A program made the translations under genes and the position numbers. This document shows positions 39,524-50,380 of a stretch of DNA of 64,000 bases, one piece after another (position 1 is the first letter of the stretch; each line of letters opens with the position of its first letter). This DNA comes from an uncultured bacterium (lineage in GTDB: Bacteria > Hydrothermota > UBA3073 > NMUJ01 > CBEVQO01): contig CBEVQO010000002.1 of assembly GCA_965552055.1 (NCBI GenBank), positions 103,229 to 167,228 of the forward strand, given 5' to 3'. Below the pieces are notes generated by a model. That model saw only the letters and a list, made by a program, of their open reading frames with translations, was not told where the DNA came from and searched no databases.

Positions 39524-41676
39524 TTCTTTGCTTATTTTTAAGCATTTTTTATGGATACGGTAGTGCGAGTTCACTTGGGGCATACGGCGTTATAGCAAAT
39601 CCCGCTGGAATGAAAATAAGAACAGAATACGGAAGCTTCTCAATCTTGCGGTATCCAATGCTTACATCTGTAACATATCTCGGGGATATCGGATTTTGCA
39701 CAATATCTGACACTCTCACAAAAATAAAATTACTTCCTGAAAATTACATCATCAGTATTGCACCTTTATCTCTTCAAAAAGGCGAATTAACGCTCTTCGG
39801 AGGTTATTCTTTCATAAAGAAAAAAGATAAAAAATTTCATAGAATAGGATTTCTTTTGCCACTTTCTGACAAAATATTTCTGGGCTCACATTTCACATAT
39901 AGTGATGATAAATTGAATTATGAAGCAGGAATTTTCGCAAGACCTTTAAAATTTGTGGATATAAAAGTAGATGTTATAAAAGACACATCTTTAGAATATA
40001 ATTTGGGAGCACTTTTTAAAATTCAGAATTTCGAATTCTGGGGAGACTATCTTTTAAATGTGAAAAGATATAGAGCAGGTTTTCTTTTCAAATACAAGAG
40101 ACTTGGATTTGGTGTTTTTTATGACAAAGGTATCTCTTTTGAATTGTGCTTTCTGAAAAGAAGCGTACCTCTGGCTTTCTTGAAAAAGAAAAGAATTGCA
40201 GAAGTTGTTGTCAAAGGAAGTTATCCCGAGATTAAAATTAAGGGCGATTTGATGTTCGGCTTCAAACCTGTCCCCTATTTTTATAATTTCCTATCAAAAA
40301 TTCATAAACTCTCAAAGATAAAAGGCATAAAAGCGGTCTTATTTAATCTAAAAGATTTTAATATGTCCTATGCACAGGTTGAAGAAGTAAGAGAAGAAAT
40401 TATGAAATTGAAGAAAAAAGGAGTTAAGATTATCTTTTACTCACCCCATTATGGTCCTCTTTCCTATTATCTTGCAAGTTGTGGTGATTATGTGATAATA
40501 TCTCCCATGGGCGAAATTTATCTCGGTGGATTAGCGGTTTATTCTGTGCATTTTAAGAAAACATTAGACAAACTCGATATCGAAGTTGATACTTTTCGGG
40601 TAGGGAAATACAAATCCGCAATAGAGGCATTTGCAAGGGATAAGATGTCGGATGAAGATAGAGAACAAACCATGACTTTTTTAAAAGACTTATGGAAAGA
40701 AATATCATCAAAAATATGCGAGAGATTAAAAATTACTGAAGATTCTCTTATGAAAATTGTGAATGAAAAAATCATTTTGAATGACAGAGAAGCCGTTTCA
40801 CTGGGATTTTGTGATACTTTTCTTTATGAATGGGAAGTTAAAAATTTTGTAAAGAAAAAAATTGGTAGATATAAAATAACTCCGATTGATAAAATTCTAT
40901 CTGATTTTTCTTCTGAAAAATCATTTTTTGCACCCAAGATTGCTGTTGTGATTGCAGAAGGTAACATAATCCTTGGCGAAAGTAATTATTCGCAACATTT
41001 TTTATTTGGCGAACAGAAACTGATAGGTTCAGAAACCATGAAAAAGATTTTTTCACAGATAGAGCGCGATAAAAGGATTAAGGGAGTTGTTTTCAGGGTA
41101 AATTCCGGAGGAGGTGATGCTCTTGCATCGGAAATTATTGCAAAATCACTGGAGAAATGCAGAAAAAAGAAACCAGTAGTTGTATCAATGGGCGAAATGG
41201 CAGCTTCTGGTGGATATTACATATCATGCCTATCAGATAAAATTTATGCCGATAAAATGACGCTAACAGGGTCAATAGGTGTACTTTCTTTAAAACTCAT
41301 ACTCAAAGGTTTATATGATAAACTTGGCATCACCTTTGACACATTAAAAATCGGAGAACATGCTTTGATGTGGTCGGATTTAAGAAAAATGAATGAAAAA
41401 GAAAGAAAAAGGGTAAAAGAACTAATTAAATGGTTTTATGATAAATTTATAGAAAGAGTATCAGAAGGCAGGGGCTTATCAAAATCATATGTTGATTCGA
41501 TTGCCCAGGGAAGAATCTGGTCAGGACTCTCTGCTCTTAACCTAAAATTAATCGACAAAAATGGAAATATTTTTGATGCAATTGAAGAAGTTAAAAATCT
41601 GGCAAAAGTAAAAAAGCCAGAAATTGAAGTTATTATTTTACCGAAAAAGAAGAAAAGAAAATTATTACCATTTTAA
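39520..41676 (+). CDS. sppA: Signal peptide peptidase SppA (long form) with N-terminal extension
   Basis: GKYKSA, RVNSGGG, SMGEMAASGGYY, TGSIGV, QGRIWSG. Confidence 0.9.
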   Translation: MILCLFLSIFYGYGSASSLGAYGVIANPAGMKIRTEYGSFSILRYPMLTSVTYLGDIGFCTISDTLTKIKLLPENYIISIAPLSLQKGELTLFGGYSFIKKKDKKFHRIGFLLPLSDKIFLGSHFTYSDDKLNYEAGIFARPLKFVDIKVDVIKDTSLEYNLGALFKIQNFEFWGDYLLNVKRYRAGFLFKYKRLGFGVFYDKGISFELCFLKRSVPLAFLKKKRIAEVVVKGSYPEIKIKGDLMFGFKPVPYFYNFLSKIHKLSKIKGIKAVLFNLKDFNMSYAQVEEVREEIMKLKKKGVKIIFYSPHYGPLSYYLASCGDYVIISPMGEIYLGGLAVYSVHFKKTLDKLDIEVDTFRVGKYKSAIEAFARDKMSDEDREQTMTFLKDLWKEISSKICERLKITEDSLMKIVNEKIILNDREAVSLGFCDTFLYEWEVKNFVKKKIGRYKITPIDKILSDFSSEKSFFAPKIAVVIAEGNIILGESNYSQHFLFGEQKLIGSETMKKIFSQIERDKRIKGVVFRVNSGGGDALASEIIAKSLEKCRKKKPVVVSMGEMAASGGYYISCLSDKIYADKMTLTGSIGVLSLKLILKGLYDKLGITFDTLKIGEHALMWSDLRKMNEKERKRVKELIKWFYDKFIERVSEGRGLSKSYVDSIAQGRIWSGLSALNLKLIDKNGNIFDAIEEVKNLAKVKKPEIEVIILPKKKKRKLLPF

Positions 41677-41679
41677 ATT

Positions 41680-42633
41680 ATGAGAGCTTTATCTCTTTTT
41701 TCTGGGGGACTTGATAGTTTACTTGCTACCAGATTGATTCAAGAACAGGGTATAGAGGTCATCGGTGTATTTTTCAGGACACCCTTTTTAGCGGTTGGCA
41801 CAGAAAACAAAGTTAAGAAAATGGCAAAGATGGTTGGAATTCCTCTTTTCGTTGTCTTTTTGGGAAGAGAATATATTGAACTTATAAAAAATCCACCCCA
41901 TGGTTATGGTGAAAATATGAATCCATGTCTTGACTGTCACGCCATGATGGCGAAAAAAGCAAAAATGCTAATGGAAAAACTGGGAGCGAAATTTCTGATA
42001 ACAGGAGAAGTAGTTGGAGAAAGAGGAAGCCAAACCCGTCCTTATATGCGTTACATTGAGAAATATGCAGGATTAAAAGATTTAATTTTAAGACCTCTTT
42101 CTGCAAAAATTTTACCCGAAACTATACCGGAAAAAGAAAAATGGGTAAATCGTGAGAAATTATTGGGAATAAGTGGCAGAAGCAGAAAACCTCAATTTGA
42201 ACTCGCACAGAAATACGGATTCAAAGATTTTCCAACACCTTCCGGTGGATGCCTTATTACAGACCCGACCTTCTGCCAAAGATTAAAAGATGCTTTTGAA
42301 CATGGAGAAGATTCTCTCGAAAGAATAGAATTACTAAAATATGGAAGACATTTCAGATTAAAATCCGGTGCAAAAGTAGTTGTCGCAAGAAATGATTTTG
42401 AATCAAGGAAAATCAAAAGGCTGGCAATTTACGGAGATTATTTGATACAGTGTCACAAAGAAAAAGCACCTCTCACATTACTTATGGGCGACGAAAATGA
42501 TTTAGAGGAAGCCATAAAATATTGTATAAAATATTCAAAAATGAAAAAAGGGACTTATACCGTAAGACAGAAAGGCAAAGGTATTTTATACAGGGCGAAT
42601 TTTGACACCGAAGTGTCTGAGAGCATCAAGTAA
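41680..42633 (+). CDS. PP-loop tRNA sulfurtransferase (ThiI/MnmA-like family)
   Basis: FSGGLDS, NPCLDCH, TGEVVG, LRPLSAK, GGCLIT, GRHFR. Confidence 0.8.
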   Translation: MRALSLFSGGLDSLLATRLIQEQGIEVIGVFFRTPFLAVGTENKVKKMAKMVGIPLFVVFLGREYIELIKNPPHGYGENMNPCLDCHAMMAKKAKMLMEKLGAKFLITGEVVGERGSQTRPYMRYIEKYAGLKDLILRPLSAKILPETIPEKEKWVNREKLLGISGRSRKPQFELAQKYGFKDFPTPSGGCLITDPTFCQRLKDAFEHGEDSLERIELLKYGRHFRLKSGAKVVVARNDFESRKIKRLAIYGDYLIQCHKEKAPLTLLMGDENDLEEAIKYCIKYSKMKKGTYTVRQKGKGILYRANFDTEVSESIK

Positions 42634-42954
42634 AGAATATTTTATCGTCAAAAAATCAAGCAGTCCCACTTCTTTTATTATGTCTTCCGCAAGAGAAGAT
42701 AGATTTATCAGCACAATATCGCCTCCAAGACCCCTTGCCGTCTTGGTAAGATAAATTATCACTCCAAGACCCTGTGTGGAAATAAATTCCATATCTTTAA
42801 GATCAAGTATTATCTTTATCTCTCCTTCTTTTATCCTTTTTTCAAAGTAATCCAGTAACACTTGGGAAGATGTATCATCAAGAGCAAAATTAATCTTATA
42901 AACGGGTATACCCTTTACCTCTTCGTATTCCAGTTTTATTCCTTCTTTTTTCAT
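42586..42954 (-). CDS. STAS anti-sigma-factor antagonist
   Basis: IILDLKDMEFISTQGLG...GGDIVL. Confidence 0.88.
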   Translation of the reverse strand: MKKEGIKLEYEEVKGIPVYKINFALDDTSSQVLLDYFEKRIKEGEIKIILDLKDMEFISTQGLGVIIYLTKTARGLGGDIVLINLSSLAEDIIKEVGLLDFLTIKYSLLDALRHFGVKIRPV

Positions 42955-43298
42955 TTGAATTTCAATAATGCCTCATCAAGTGTATCAGTTACATTAAGAA
43001 CGGATAGCAGTTGCACTTCGTTCAATATATCCCAGTTTGGTGAAGACAGTTCACATATCACGAGGTCACCACCTCTTTCCCTTGCCATACGAGTAATAGC
43101 AACAAGAGCACCCAATCCCTGGGTTGATATAAAATCAACTTTCCTCATGTGAAATACTATTTTGCGCCTGCCACTTTTAATTTCTTCTGCCATAAAATCA
43201 ATTAGAGATTGTGAAGTCATTTCATCAAGAGGTGTCGCAATATAATACACAGATACATCTCCATGCTCTTCACGCCAAAATTTGGCAACCTCAGCCAT
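42951..43298 (-). CDS. STAS anti-sigma-factor antagonist
   Basis: VDFISTQGLG...GGDLVI. Confidence 0.88.
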   Translation of the reverse strand: MAEVAKFWREEHGDVSVYYIATPLDEMTSQSLIDFMAEEIKSGRRKIVFHMRKVDFISTQGLGALVAITRMARERGGDLVICELSSPNWDILNEVQLLSVLNVTDTLDEALLKFK

Positions 43299-43647
43299 TA
43301 TCCCCCCTTATTATTGAAATTGCTTCTTTAACTGATGAACACATATCAATCACTTCCGGTATGCCCACAGCTTTTATTATTTCGGAAATTTTTTTGTTTA
43401 AATTAGCTATTATAAACCTGCCTCCTTTGTTTTTACAATTAACACTAAGGGTAAATAAAGCAGCTATCCCATTGGTAGATATAAAATTTACATCACCCAT
43501 ATCAACGATAAGATTGGGTGACTCTTTCTCAATGTAAGATTTGGCTTCTTCAAAAAATTTGCGAGCATATTCCTCATCCATATCACCCGATAGATAAAAC
43601 ACACCAACATCATTTACCTTCTCAAATTTGAAATTATCTACGCACAT
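43291..43647 (-). CDS. STAS anti-sigma-factor antagonist
   Basis: LSGDMD, IVDMGDVNFISTNGI. Confidence 0.85.
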   Translation of the reverse strand: MCVDNFKFEKVNDVGVFYLSGDMDEEYARKFFEEAKSYIEKESPNLIVDMGDVNFISTNGIAALFTLSVNCKNKGGRFIIANLNKKISEIIKAVGIPEVIDMCSSVKEAISIIRGDNG

Positions 43648-46034
43648 ACTATATTCAAAAGCTTGCCCTTCACATAAATTATACGCTTTATCTCTTTACC
43701 CTCTGTAAATCTTTTAACATTCCAGTGAGAAAGCGCTTTCTCCTTAATTTCTTCTTCCCCAGCATCAGCAGGTACCTCAATCTCACCCCTTACCTTGCTA
43801 TTCACCTGCACCACTATTTTTATCTTTTCTTCTTTTATCTCTTTGTAAGATGGCCATTCTGTTCTGAAAACAGATTCTTTTTTGCCAATTTTATGCCACA
43901 GTTCTTCTGCTAAATGCGGTGCAAAAGGTGCTAAAAGCTTTATATAGTTGAAAAGCGCCCAGCCAAAAGCAGGGTCACTATCTTTACCCTGTAATTCGTT
44001 CAAAAATTCCATAAGAGAAGCAATTCCCGTATTCAAACCAAAATTCTCAATCTGTTGGGTTATTCTCTTTATATATTTATGGGTCAATCTGTAAACAGGA
44101 CTATCAACATCGGGTTCCCTTTCTGTAACTTTATCAATGTTTTGCTCAAAGAAGTTAAATAACCTTCTTATAAATCTCCTTGCTCCTGTTACATTCTTAT
44201 CCATCCAGATTCCATCTTTATCAGGCGGTCCCATAAACAAAATAGCAAGACGGGCTACATCCGCTCCTTCTTTCTCAACAAAAGGACCAACTTCAACTAC
44301 ATTTCCCTTTGACTTCGACATAACCTGACCCTTCTCATCCTTTACCATACCCTGATTGAACAACTTTATGGCTGGCTCATCAACATTAACCCAGCCTTTA
44401 TCATAAAGGAACTTTGTCATAAAACGGAAATAAAGAAGATGACCCGTAGCATGCTCAGCACCACCTATATAAAGGTCTATCGGCATCCAGATTTTCACTT
44501 TCTCAGGTTCAAACGGCTTTTTGTCATTTTTAGGGTCAATGTATCTCAGGAAATACCAGGACGAACACATAAATGTATCCATGGTATCTGTATCACGCTT
44601 CGCCTCTCCTCCACATTTTGGACATTTCGTATTCACAAACTCAGGAACAGATGCAAGTGGAGATTTGCCCCGTGGTGCATAATCTTTTACTTCAGGAAGC
44701 AAAACAGGTAAATCTTCTTCGGGCACAGGAACGATTCCACATTTTTCACAATAAATTATAGGAATAGGTGCACCCCAGTATCTCTGACGGGAAATGAGCC
44801 AGTCCCTCAACCTGTATGTTACCTTTTTGCGACCAAATCCCTTTTCATTAAACCACTCTATAAGCTGCGGTATCGCTTCTTCAGATGTTTTACCCGTAAA
44901 CTCACCCGAATTTATCATTATGCCCTTTTCAGTAAAAGCACCATTAGAAAAATCCCATTCGCCTTCCTTTGGCTTTATAACCTGTTTCACAGGAAGATTA
45001 TATTGCTGGGCAAACTCAAAATCTCGCTGATCATGAGCAGGCACACCCATAACAGCTCCTGTGCCATAAAGAGGCAATACATAATCCGCAACATAAAGAG
45101 GCACTCTTTCACCATTCACAGGATTAATGACATATTTCCCGGTAAAATAGCCATTCTTCTGAAATTGACGCTCATATTCAGGACGCCTTAAAACATCTTC
45201 AATAAATCTTGAAAGTCCAGAATCTTTTTTAGAAAGCTCAATCGCAACTGGATGCTCAGGTGCAATTGCAAGAAATGTGACACCAAAAACGGTATCAGGA
45301 CGGGTGGTGAAAACAGATATTTTACCACCATCAAATTCAAAATCAATTTCTGCACCTTCACTCCTTCCTATCCAGTATTCCTGCATTCTTTTTATCTCAT
45401 CTGGCCAGTCTTTTAACTTTTTAAGGTCATTTAATAACCTTTCGGCATAAGCAGTAATCTTTATAAACCATTGATTTAGAGATTTTTTACCAACCTGAGA
45501 GCCACACCTCCAGCATCTACCTTCTATAACCTGCTCATTCGCAAGAACTGTCTGACAGCCAGGACACCAGTTGACATAAGCCTCTTTCTTATAAGCAAGT
45601 CCACTCTTATACAACTGCAAAAATAACCATTGCGTCCACTTATAATAATCGGGATTGCAGGAAATAACTTCCCTGTCCCAATCATAACTTATACCAACGA
45701 GTTTCAAACTTTTCCTTGATTTCTCAATGTTATTCATGGTCCACTCACGGGGATGTATTCCCCTCAAAATAGCAGCATTCTCGGCAGGCAAACCAAAAGC
45801 ATCCCAGCCCATGGGATGTAAAACCTGATAACCCCTCATCCACTTATAACGAGCAATGGTATCACCTATCACATAATTCCTCAAATGTCCCATATGCATA
45901 TCACCGGAAGGATAAGGAAACATACAGAGCAAATAAAATTTCTTCTTCGGATTGTCAGAAACTTTAAAAATACCTTCACTCTCCCAGAATTCCTGCCACT
46001 TCCTTTCTACCTCTTTAAAATCATACTTCTCCAT
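43638..46034 (-). CDS. leuS: Leucine-tRNA ligase
   Basis: MFPYPSG HMGH, WLISRQRYWG, VMSKS. Confidence 0.98.
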   Translation of the reverse strand: MEKYDFKEVERKWQEFWESEGIFKVSDNPKKKFYLLCMFPYPSGDMHMGHLRNYVIGDTIARYKWMRGYQVLHPMGWDAFGLPAENAAILRGIHPREWTMNNIEKSRKSLKLVGISYDWDREVISCNPDYYKWTQWLFLQLYKSGLAYKKEAYVNWCPGCQTVLANEQVIEGRCWRCGSQVGKKSLNQWFIKITAYAERLLNDLKKLKDWPDEIKRMQEYWIGRSEGAEIDFEFDGGKISVFTTRPDTVFGVTFLAIAPEHPVAIELSKKDSGLSRFIEDVLRRPEYERQFQKNGYFTGKYVINPVNGERVPLYVADYVLPLYGTGAVMGVPAHDQRDFEFAQQYNLPVKQVIKPKEGEWDFSNGAFTEKGIMINSGEFTGKTSEEAIPQLIEWFNEKGFGRKKVTYRLRDWLISRQRYWGAPIPIIYCEKCGIVPVPEEDLPVLLPEVKDYAPRGKSPLASVPEFVNTKCPKCGGEAKRDTDTMDTFMCSSWYFLRYIDPKNDKKPFEPEKVKIWMPIDLYIGGAEHATGHLLYFRFMTKFLYDKGWVNVDEPAIKLFNQGMVKDEKGQVMSKSKGNVVEVGPFVEKEGADVARLAILFMGPPDKDGIWMDKNVTGARRFIRRLFNFFEQNIDKVTEREPDVDSPVYRLTHKYIKRITQQIENFGLNTGIASLMEFLNELQGKDSDPAFGWALFNYIKLLAPFAPHLAEELWHKIGKKESVFRTEWPSYKEIKEEKIKIVVQVNSKVRGEIEVPADAGEEEIKEKALSHWNVKRFTEGKEIKRIIYVKGKLLNIVCA

Positions 46035-46044
46035 AATCTTTTAA

Positions 46045-46071
46045 ATTATATCTATTTTTCGATTTTGTCAA
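46045..46071 (-). promoter_or_regulatory. leuS promoter TTGACA-N15-TATAAT
   Basis: Read directly. Confidence 0.7.
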
Positions 46072-46080
46072 GTATTTTTT

Positions 46081-46331
46081 GCCCCGCCTCCCAGTCCCCA
46101 CCTTCCCATGTGCACACCCCGAGCACAGCACAAGCACCATTAACCCTTTCAACGCACTTCTCACACCTTTCCCGTAATAAGTCAAATTCCCAACCAAACC
46201 ATTGCCACACTCAAAAACCACCTAAGCACTTTAAAAGCCCTATCCTCCAACAAAATGCGGTTCAGCTTATGTGCTCGGGGTGTGACAAAAGACCCTTATG
46301 TAACAGGCTCGGCTACGCCTCGCATTAAAAA
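46081..46331 (-). repeat. Dispersed structured element, copy 2
   Basis: Ends match 34096-34260; inner 15-bp perfect IR CACACCCCGAGCACA 46113-46127 / 46270-46284. Confidence 0.8.
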
Positions 46332-46369
46332 CTTTACCCTTGACATTTTCTGTTTTTTGTTATAATGTT

Positions 46370-47023
46370 ATGATGAAAATAAACCACAAAATTATAATCC
46401 TCTTATTTTCTTATATGGTTTCGCTTGCAGTCACCACCCAAAATTCACGGTGTTATCGATTAAAAATGGGGATATTTTTTTCGAATTATCGCCTTTTTCA
46501 AACGAATTGGACAGGTGTCAATAAAAGTGGTTACAGCTGGAATGGTCCTTCGGGAAGTTATACGAATCGTTTGAATATCGGACTTTATTTTTTATACCTT
46601 TTAAACAAAACAGTAACAATAGGAGTAGATATTTCATATTATCATCTTAAATTGAGTGAAAGTATCGGATGTACTGATTACTATCTTCATAAACTTAAAA
46701 TTTTAAACATTTCTCCAACCATAGAGCATAAGGTTTATAAAACCAGTTTACTCACTTTATATGAAGCTGCAGGAATATCATTGTGTAATAATATTTTATC
46801 ACTCGATTATTACGAAAAAACTTTCTACGGTATCACATTCAATATCTTTATAAATTTGGGAATAGATTTCAGATGCAGGGATAAAATGATTATAGGTCCA
46901 ATTATAAAAATAAATTACTACCATAAAAAGATAAAATGGAATAAATCATTTACTTTCATCTCCAACGAGAAAAACGCCCTGCCATTAAGTGGAATTGAAT
47001 TAGGATTAAGATGCCTGTTTTAA
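46370..47023 (+). CDS. Putative outer-membrane beta-barrel protein
   Basis: Signal-like N-terminus, amphipathic strands, terminal Phe; start after promoter 46340-46366. Confidence 0.55.
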   Translation: MMKINHKIIILLFSYMVSLAVTTQNSRCYRLKMGIFFSNYRLFQTNWTGVNKSGYSWNGPSGSYTNRLNIGLYFLYLLNKTVTIGVDISYYHLKLSESIGCTDYYLHKLKILNISPTIEHKVYKTSLLTLYEAAGISLCNNILSLDYYEKTFYGITFNIFINLGIDFRCRDKMIIGPIIKINYYHKKIKWNKSFTFISNEKNALPLSGIELGLRCLF

Positions 47024-47081
47024 AAATCCAAAAATTGTTGACAAACTCACATCAAGATTAAAATTAATGAGGGAGGGGAGT

Positions 47082-48335
47082 ATGTGGCGTTATATCTTAC
47101 CAATATTAATAAGTGTAGGATTGGGTGCACAAACAGTAAAGGTTGGATACGGATACTCAACCGAACACGATGTGAAAACAGCCGTGAAAAAAGCAGTAGC
47201 CGATATGACAAAAGCAATAGGAGAAGAACCAGACTGGGTAATGGTAGTATCAACCGTGCTCTACGACTCAGATGCACTCATAAAAGAATTATCATCTCAG
47301 TTAAAGAAAGCCAAAATATACGGAGAGACAAGTTGCCTTGGAGTAGTTGTGCCCGATGGCTTCATAACAGGAGAAAAAGGTGCACTCGCAGTATTGGGTG
47401 TAAAATCCGATAAAATAACTTTCGGAGTGGGATATGCCGAAATTGGAACAAATCCCAGGGATGCAGGCAAAAAAGCAGTTAAAGCAGCAATCGCAGATGC
47501 CGGTAAGACAATAAAAGAAAAGCCCAAAATAATCCTGATGTGCGCAACACCCGGCGAAGAAGAGGATATCCTCGCAGGTATCGCAGAAGTTGTCGGTAAA
47601 GATGTGCCTGTTTACGGAGGCTCAGCTGCAGACAATGATATATCCGGTAAATGGAAAGTATTTGCACGCAATAAAGCACTATCTAAAGGCGTAGTATTAA
47701 CCGTAGTTTATACCGATTTAAAAATAGGACACGCTTATGCATCGGGATATGTTGGCACCGGCAAGAAAGGTGTTGTAACAAAAGCAGAAGCAAGAAGGAT
47801 TTACGAAATAGATGGTAAACCATGTGCAGATGTGTTCAACGAATGGACAGGCGGAAAATATACCGAAGCAATCAAGAAATGCGAGGTAATACTTGGACCT
47901 GCATCTTTCACACCACTTGCAAGAAGATTCATGGTCGGAAAAGAAGAAAAATGGGTATCAATTCATCCGCACAAGTTCTACGAGGATAAATCTCTATCTG
48001 TGTTCGCAAAGGTAAACACAGGAGATACTCTCTATCTGATTGAAGGAAGCCCGGAGATACTGCTCGAAAGACCAAAGCCCCTCGTCAAAAAAGCACTGTT
48101 AAAAGGTGGGATAAAAACAGAAGATGTAGCTTTCGGAATATTCATCTATTGCGCAGGAACTATGCTCGCAATAAAAGATAAATTCCCAGAAATACCAGGT
48201 GCTATAAAGACATTGCTCGGAGGAAAGCCTTTCATCGGTGCATGTACCTTCGGAGAACAGGGACAGGTGAGCCCTGCTTACGGAAACTTCCACGGAAATT
48301 TGATGTGCTCGATGACTATCTTCGGTGCAAAATAA
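47082..48335 (+). CDS. FIST N/C domain protein with signal peptide
   Basis: [27 protein letters not shown]; GGAGG RBS before ATG 47082. Confidence 0.88.
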   Translation: MWRYILPILISVGLGAQTVKVGYGYSTEHDVKTAVKKAVADMTKAIGEEPDWVMVVSTVLYDSDALIKELSSQLKKAKIYGETSCLGVVVPDGFITGEKGALAVLGVKSDKITFGVGYAEIGTNPRDAGKKAVKAAIADAGKTIKEKPKIILMCATPGEEEDILAGIAEVVGKDVPVYGGSAADNDISGKWKVFARNKALSKGVVLTVVYTDLKIGHAYASGYVGTGKKGVVTKAEARRIYEIDGKPCADVFNEWTGGKYTEAIKKCEVILGPASFTPLARRFMVGKEEKWVSIHPHKFYEDKSLSVFAKVNTGDTLYLIEGSPEILLERPKPLVKKALLKGGIKTEDVAFGIFIYCAGTMLAIKDKFPEIPGAIKTLLGGKPFIGACTFGEQGQVSPAYGNFHGNLMCSMTIFGAK

Positions 48336-50097
48336 ATTGAGAAGCTTAAAATTTGAAATCTTATTCACAGTAGAGCTCGTAATAATAATACTCTGTATTA
48401 TAACAGGTTTATATTATGTGCGTCTGGAAAACAAAACTGCATTTCAGCGCTTCTGCTCAAACATAAAAGCAACAACCGATGAAATCGGCTTCTCGGCAAA
48501 AGATGGATTGTTACTCGCAGATAAAAATCTCATCGAATTAAGTATCAAAGAAAAACTTGTCCAAACAAAACTTGAACCTTACGAAATAATACTTTATTCA
48601 AAAGATGGAAAATTTATATGGGGAAGCAGTAAAGGTTTGCTCTCGTATGAGCCACTATTATCGCGAGAAAGTAAATGCGAACTTATAAAAAGGAATTCAA
48701 AAAAATTAATCCAATGCATAAGTGAAATTAAATCGGGCTCAATGACACTGGGATATTGCAAAGCAGTTTATGAACTCACACAATACTTACATGAAGTACG
48801 CAGAAATATAAGAAACATCTTATTGTTATGCATTATGTTTCTCACAATAGGTGCAGGTGCAACCCTTCTGTTATCACGGCGATTGATAAAACCAATTGAT
48901 AAATTAAAAGAAACAGCCCTCAAAGTAGCTTCAGGGGATTACAGCTCGAGAGCAAATGTTTCTTCAAAAAATGAAATCGGCTTGCTCGCAAGCACATTTA
49001 ATGAAATGCTCGATAAACTGCAGGAAAAAACAGAGAGAGAAAAAGAAATAATGGAAGAACTAAAAAAGTTTTCCGATGAGCTGGAAAAAAGCGTAGCAGA
49101 AGTAGTAAAAATATTCAATAAACTGGCAGAAGGTGACTTATCAACCGAAATCAATTTAAATCCCAAATATGAACCTTTAAAAGAATTAAGCGTTTCATTA
49201 AATCAAATGATAAAAGATTTATCAACATTAATATTAAGAGTAAAACAAATTAGCACCGTTGTGATAAATACAGCAGAAGAAGTGAATAAATTAACTCACA
49301 GAGTTACATCGGGTGTTGAACAACAGGAAAAACAGGCAGAAGAAACATCATCATCGGTTGGAGAAGTATTGCACACCATAACATCACTTGCACAAAAAGC
49401 ACAGATGATTAAAGAAGAAGCAGAATCTTCACTGAATTCCGCGGAAAATGGTAAAAAACTGGTAGAAGAAGCAGTTAATCGTATCAATGAATTAAACGAT
49501 GCAATAAATAATGTGGCTGAAAAAATAACGGGTTTAACAGAAAATGCTTCGGCTATCGGTGGTATCATTAACACAATCGAAGATATATCCGAACAAATAA
49601 ATTTGCTGGCATTAAATGCATCAATAGAAGCAGCTCGTGCAGGCGAATATGGAAGGGGATTTTCCGTTGTGGCAGATGAGGTGCGTAAATTGGCTGAAAA
49701 CACAAGAAACGCAGCATCTCAAATCAGTTTCATATTAAAAAATATTCAAACACAAACAGCAGAATCAAGAGAATTAACAGAAGAAGCGAGTAAAATTTCG
49801 AAAGAAACAGTAAATTATGCATCGCAGGCAAAAGATGCCTTATCAAAAATTGTGGAAGATTCAAGAAATTTAACAATGTATGTGGCAGATATGGCAAGAG
49901 CAGAAGAAGAGGAAACATCAGCAGTCGAAATGATATCCCAGAAGGTAAATTCAATTTTACAGATATCAAAGGAAAGCGCTGAAATAGCAGAAAGAGTCAG
50001 CAAATCAATGGAAAATTTATTGGCAGAAATTCAGGAAATGGGAAAATTCATAGTAAAATTTAAAATATCAGAAGAAAAATCCATAAAACCTGTATAA
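48325..50097 (+). CDS. Methyl-accepting chemotaxis-type receptor (2 TM, HAMP)
   Basis: [35 protein letters not shown]. Confidence 0.95.
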   Translation: MQNKLRSLKFEILFTVELVIIILCIITGLYYVRLENKTAFQRFCSNIKATTDEIGFSAKDGLLLADKNLIELSIKEKLVQTKLEPYEIILYSKDGKFIWGSSKGLLSYEPLLSRESKCELIKRNSKKLIQCISEIKSGSMTLGYCKAVYELTQYLHEVRRNIRNILLLCIMFLTIGAGATLLLSRRLIKPIDKLKETALKVASGDYSSRANVSSKNEIGLLASTFNEMLDKLQEKTEREKEIMEELKKFSDELEKSVAEVVKIFNKLAEGDLSTEINLNPKYEPLKELSVSLNQMIKDLSTLILRVKQISTVVINTAEEVNKLTHRVTSGVEQQEKQAEETSSSVGEVLHTITSLAQKAQMIKEEAESSLNSAENGKKLVEEAVNRINELNDAINNVAEKITGLTENASAIGGIINTIEDISEQINLLALNASIEAARAGEYGRGFSVVADEVRKLAENTRNAASQISFILKNIQTQTAESRELTEEASKISKETVNYASQAKDALSKIVEDSRNLTMYVADMARAEEEETSAVEMISQKVNSILQISKESAEIAERVSKSMENLLAEIQEMGKFIVKFKISEEKSIKPV

Positions 50098-50322
50098 TTA
50101 AAGTAGACGCTTAATATTAACGCTATCGTCGGACAAATTATGAATTATCTTAAAAGTTGCTTCTCCCGACCTTACATAAAAAATTCTATGACGCTTCCTC
50201 GTCTCAAAATCTTCTCTCAATTCCTGATAAACAATCTCATCAACATCATAATCTTTCCCCTCAAATTTAAATTTAACAGGAAAAGTTTTGCCCCTGTGAC
50301 TCTCAAACCATTTCACTTCCAT
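50098..50322 (-). CDS. Small conserved-looking hypothetical protein
   Basis: ORF MEVKWFESHRG..P..F...G..Y.V.EI. Confidence 0.6.
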   Translation of the reverse strand: MEVKWFESHRGKTFPVKFKFEGKDYDVDEIVYQELREDFETRKRHRIFYVRSGEATFKIIHNLSDDSVNIKRLL

Positions 50323-50380
50323 ATCTCATATTCAAAATTTTTCTCTTATCCACAGCACCGTCCTTTCGTCATCTTCTTCC

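Noticed and set aside
45885-46328. ORFs 45885-46328(+) and 46021-46221(-)
   Set aside because: They overlap the leuS start/promoter and the non-coding element; atypical composition, no motifs
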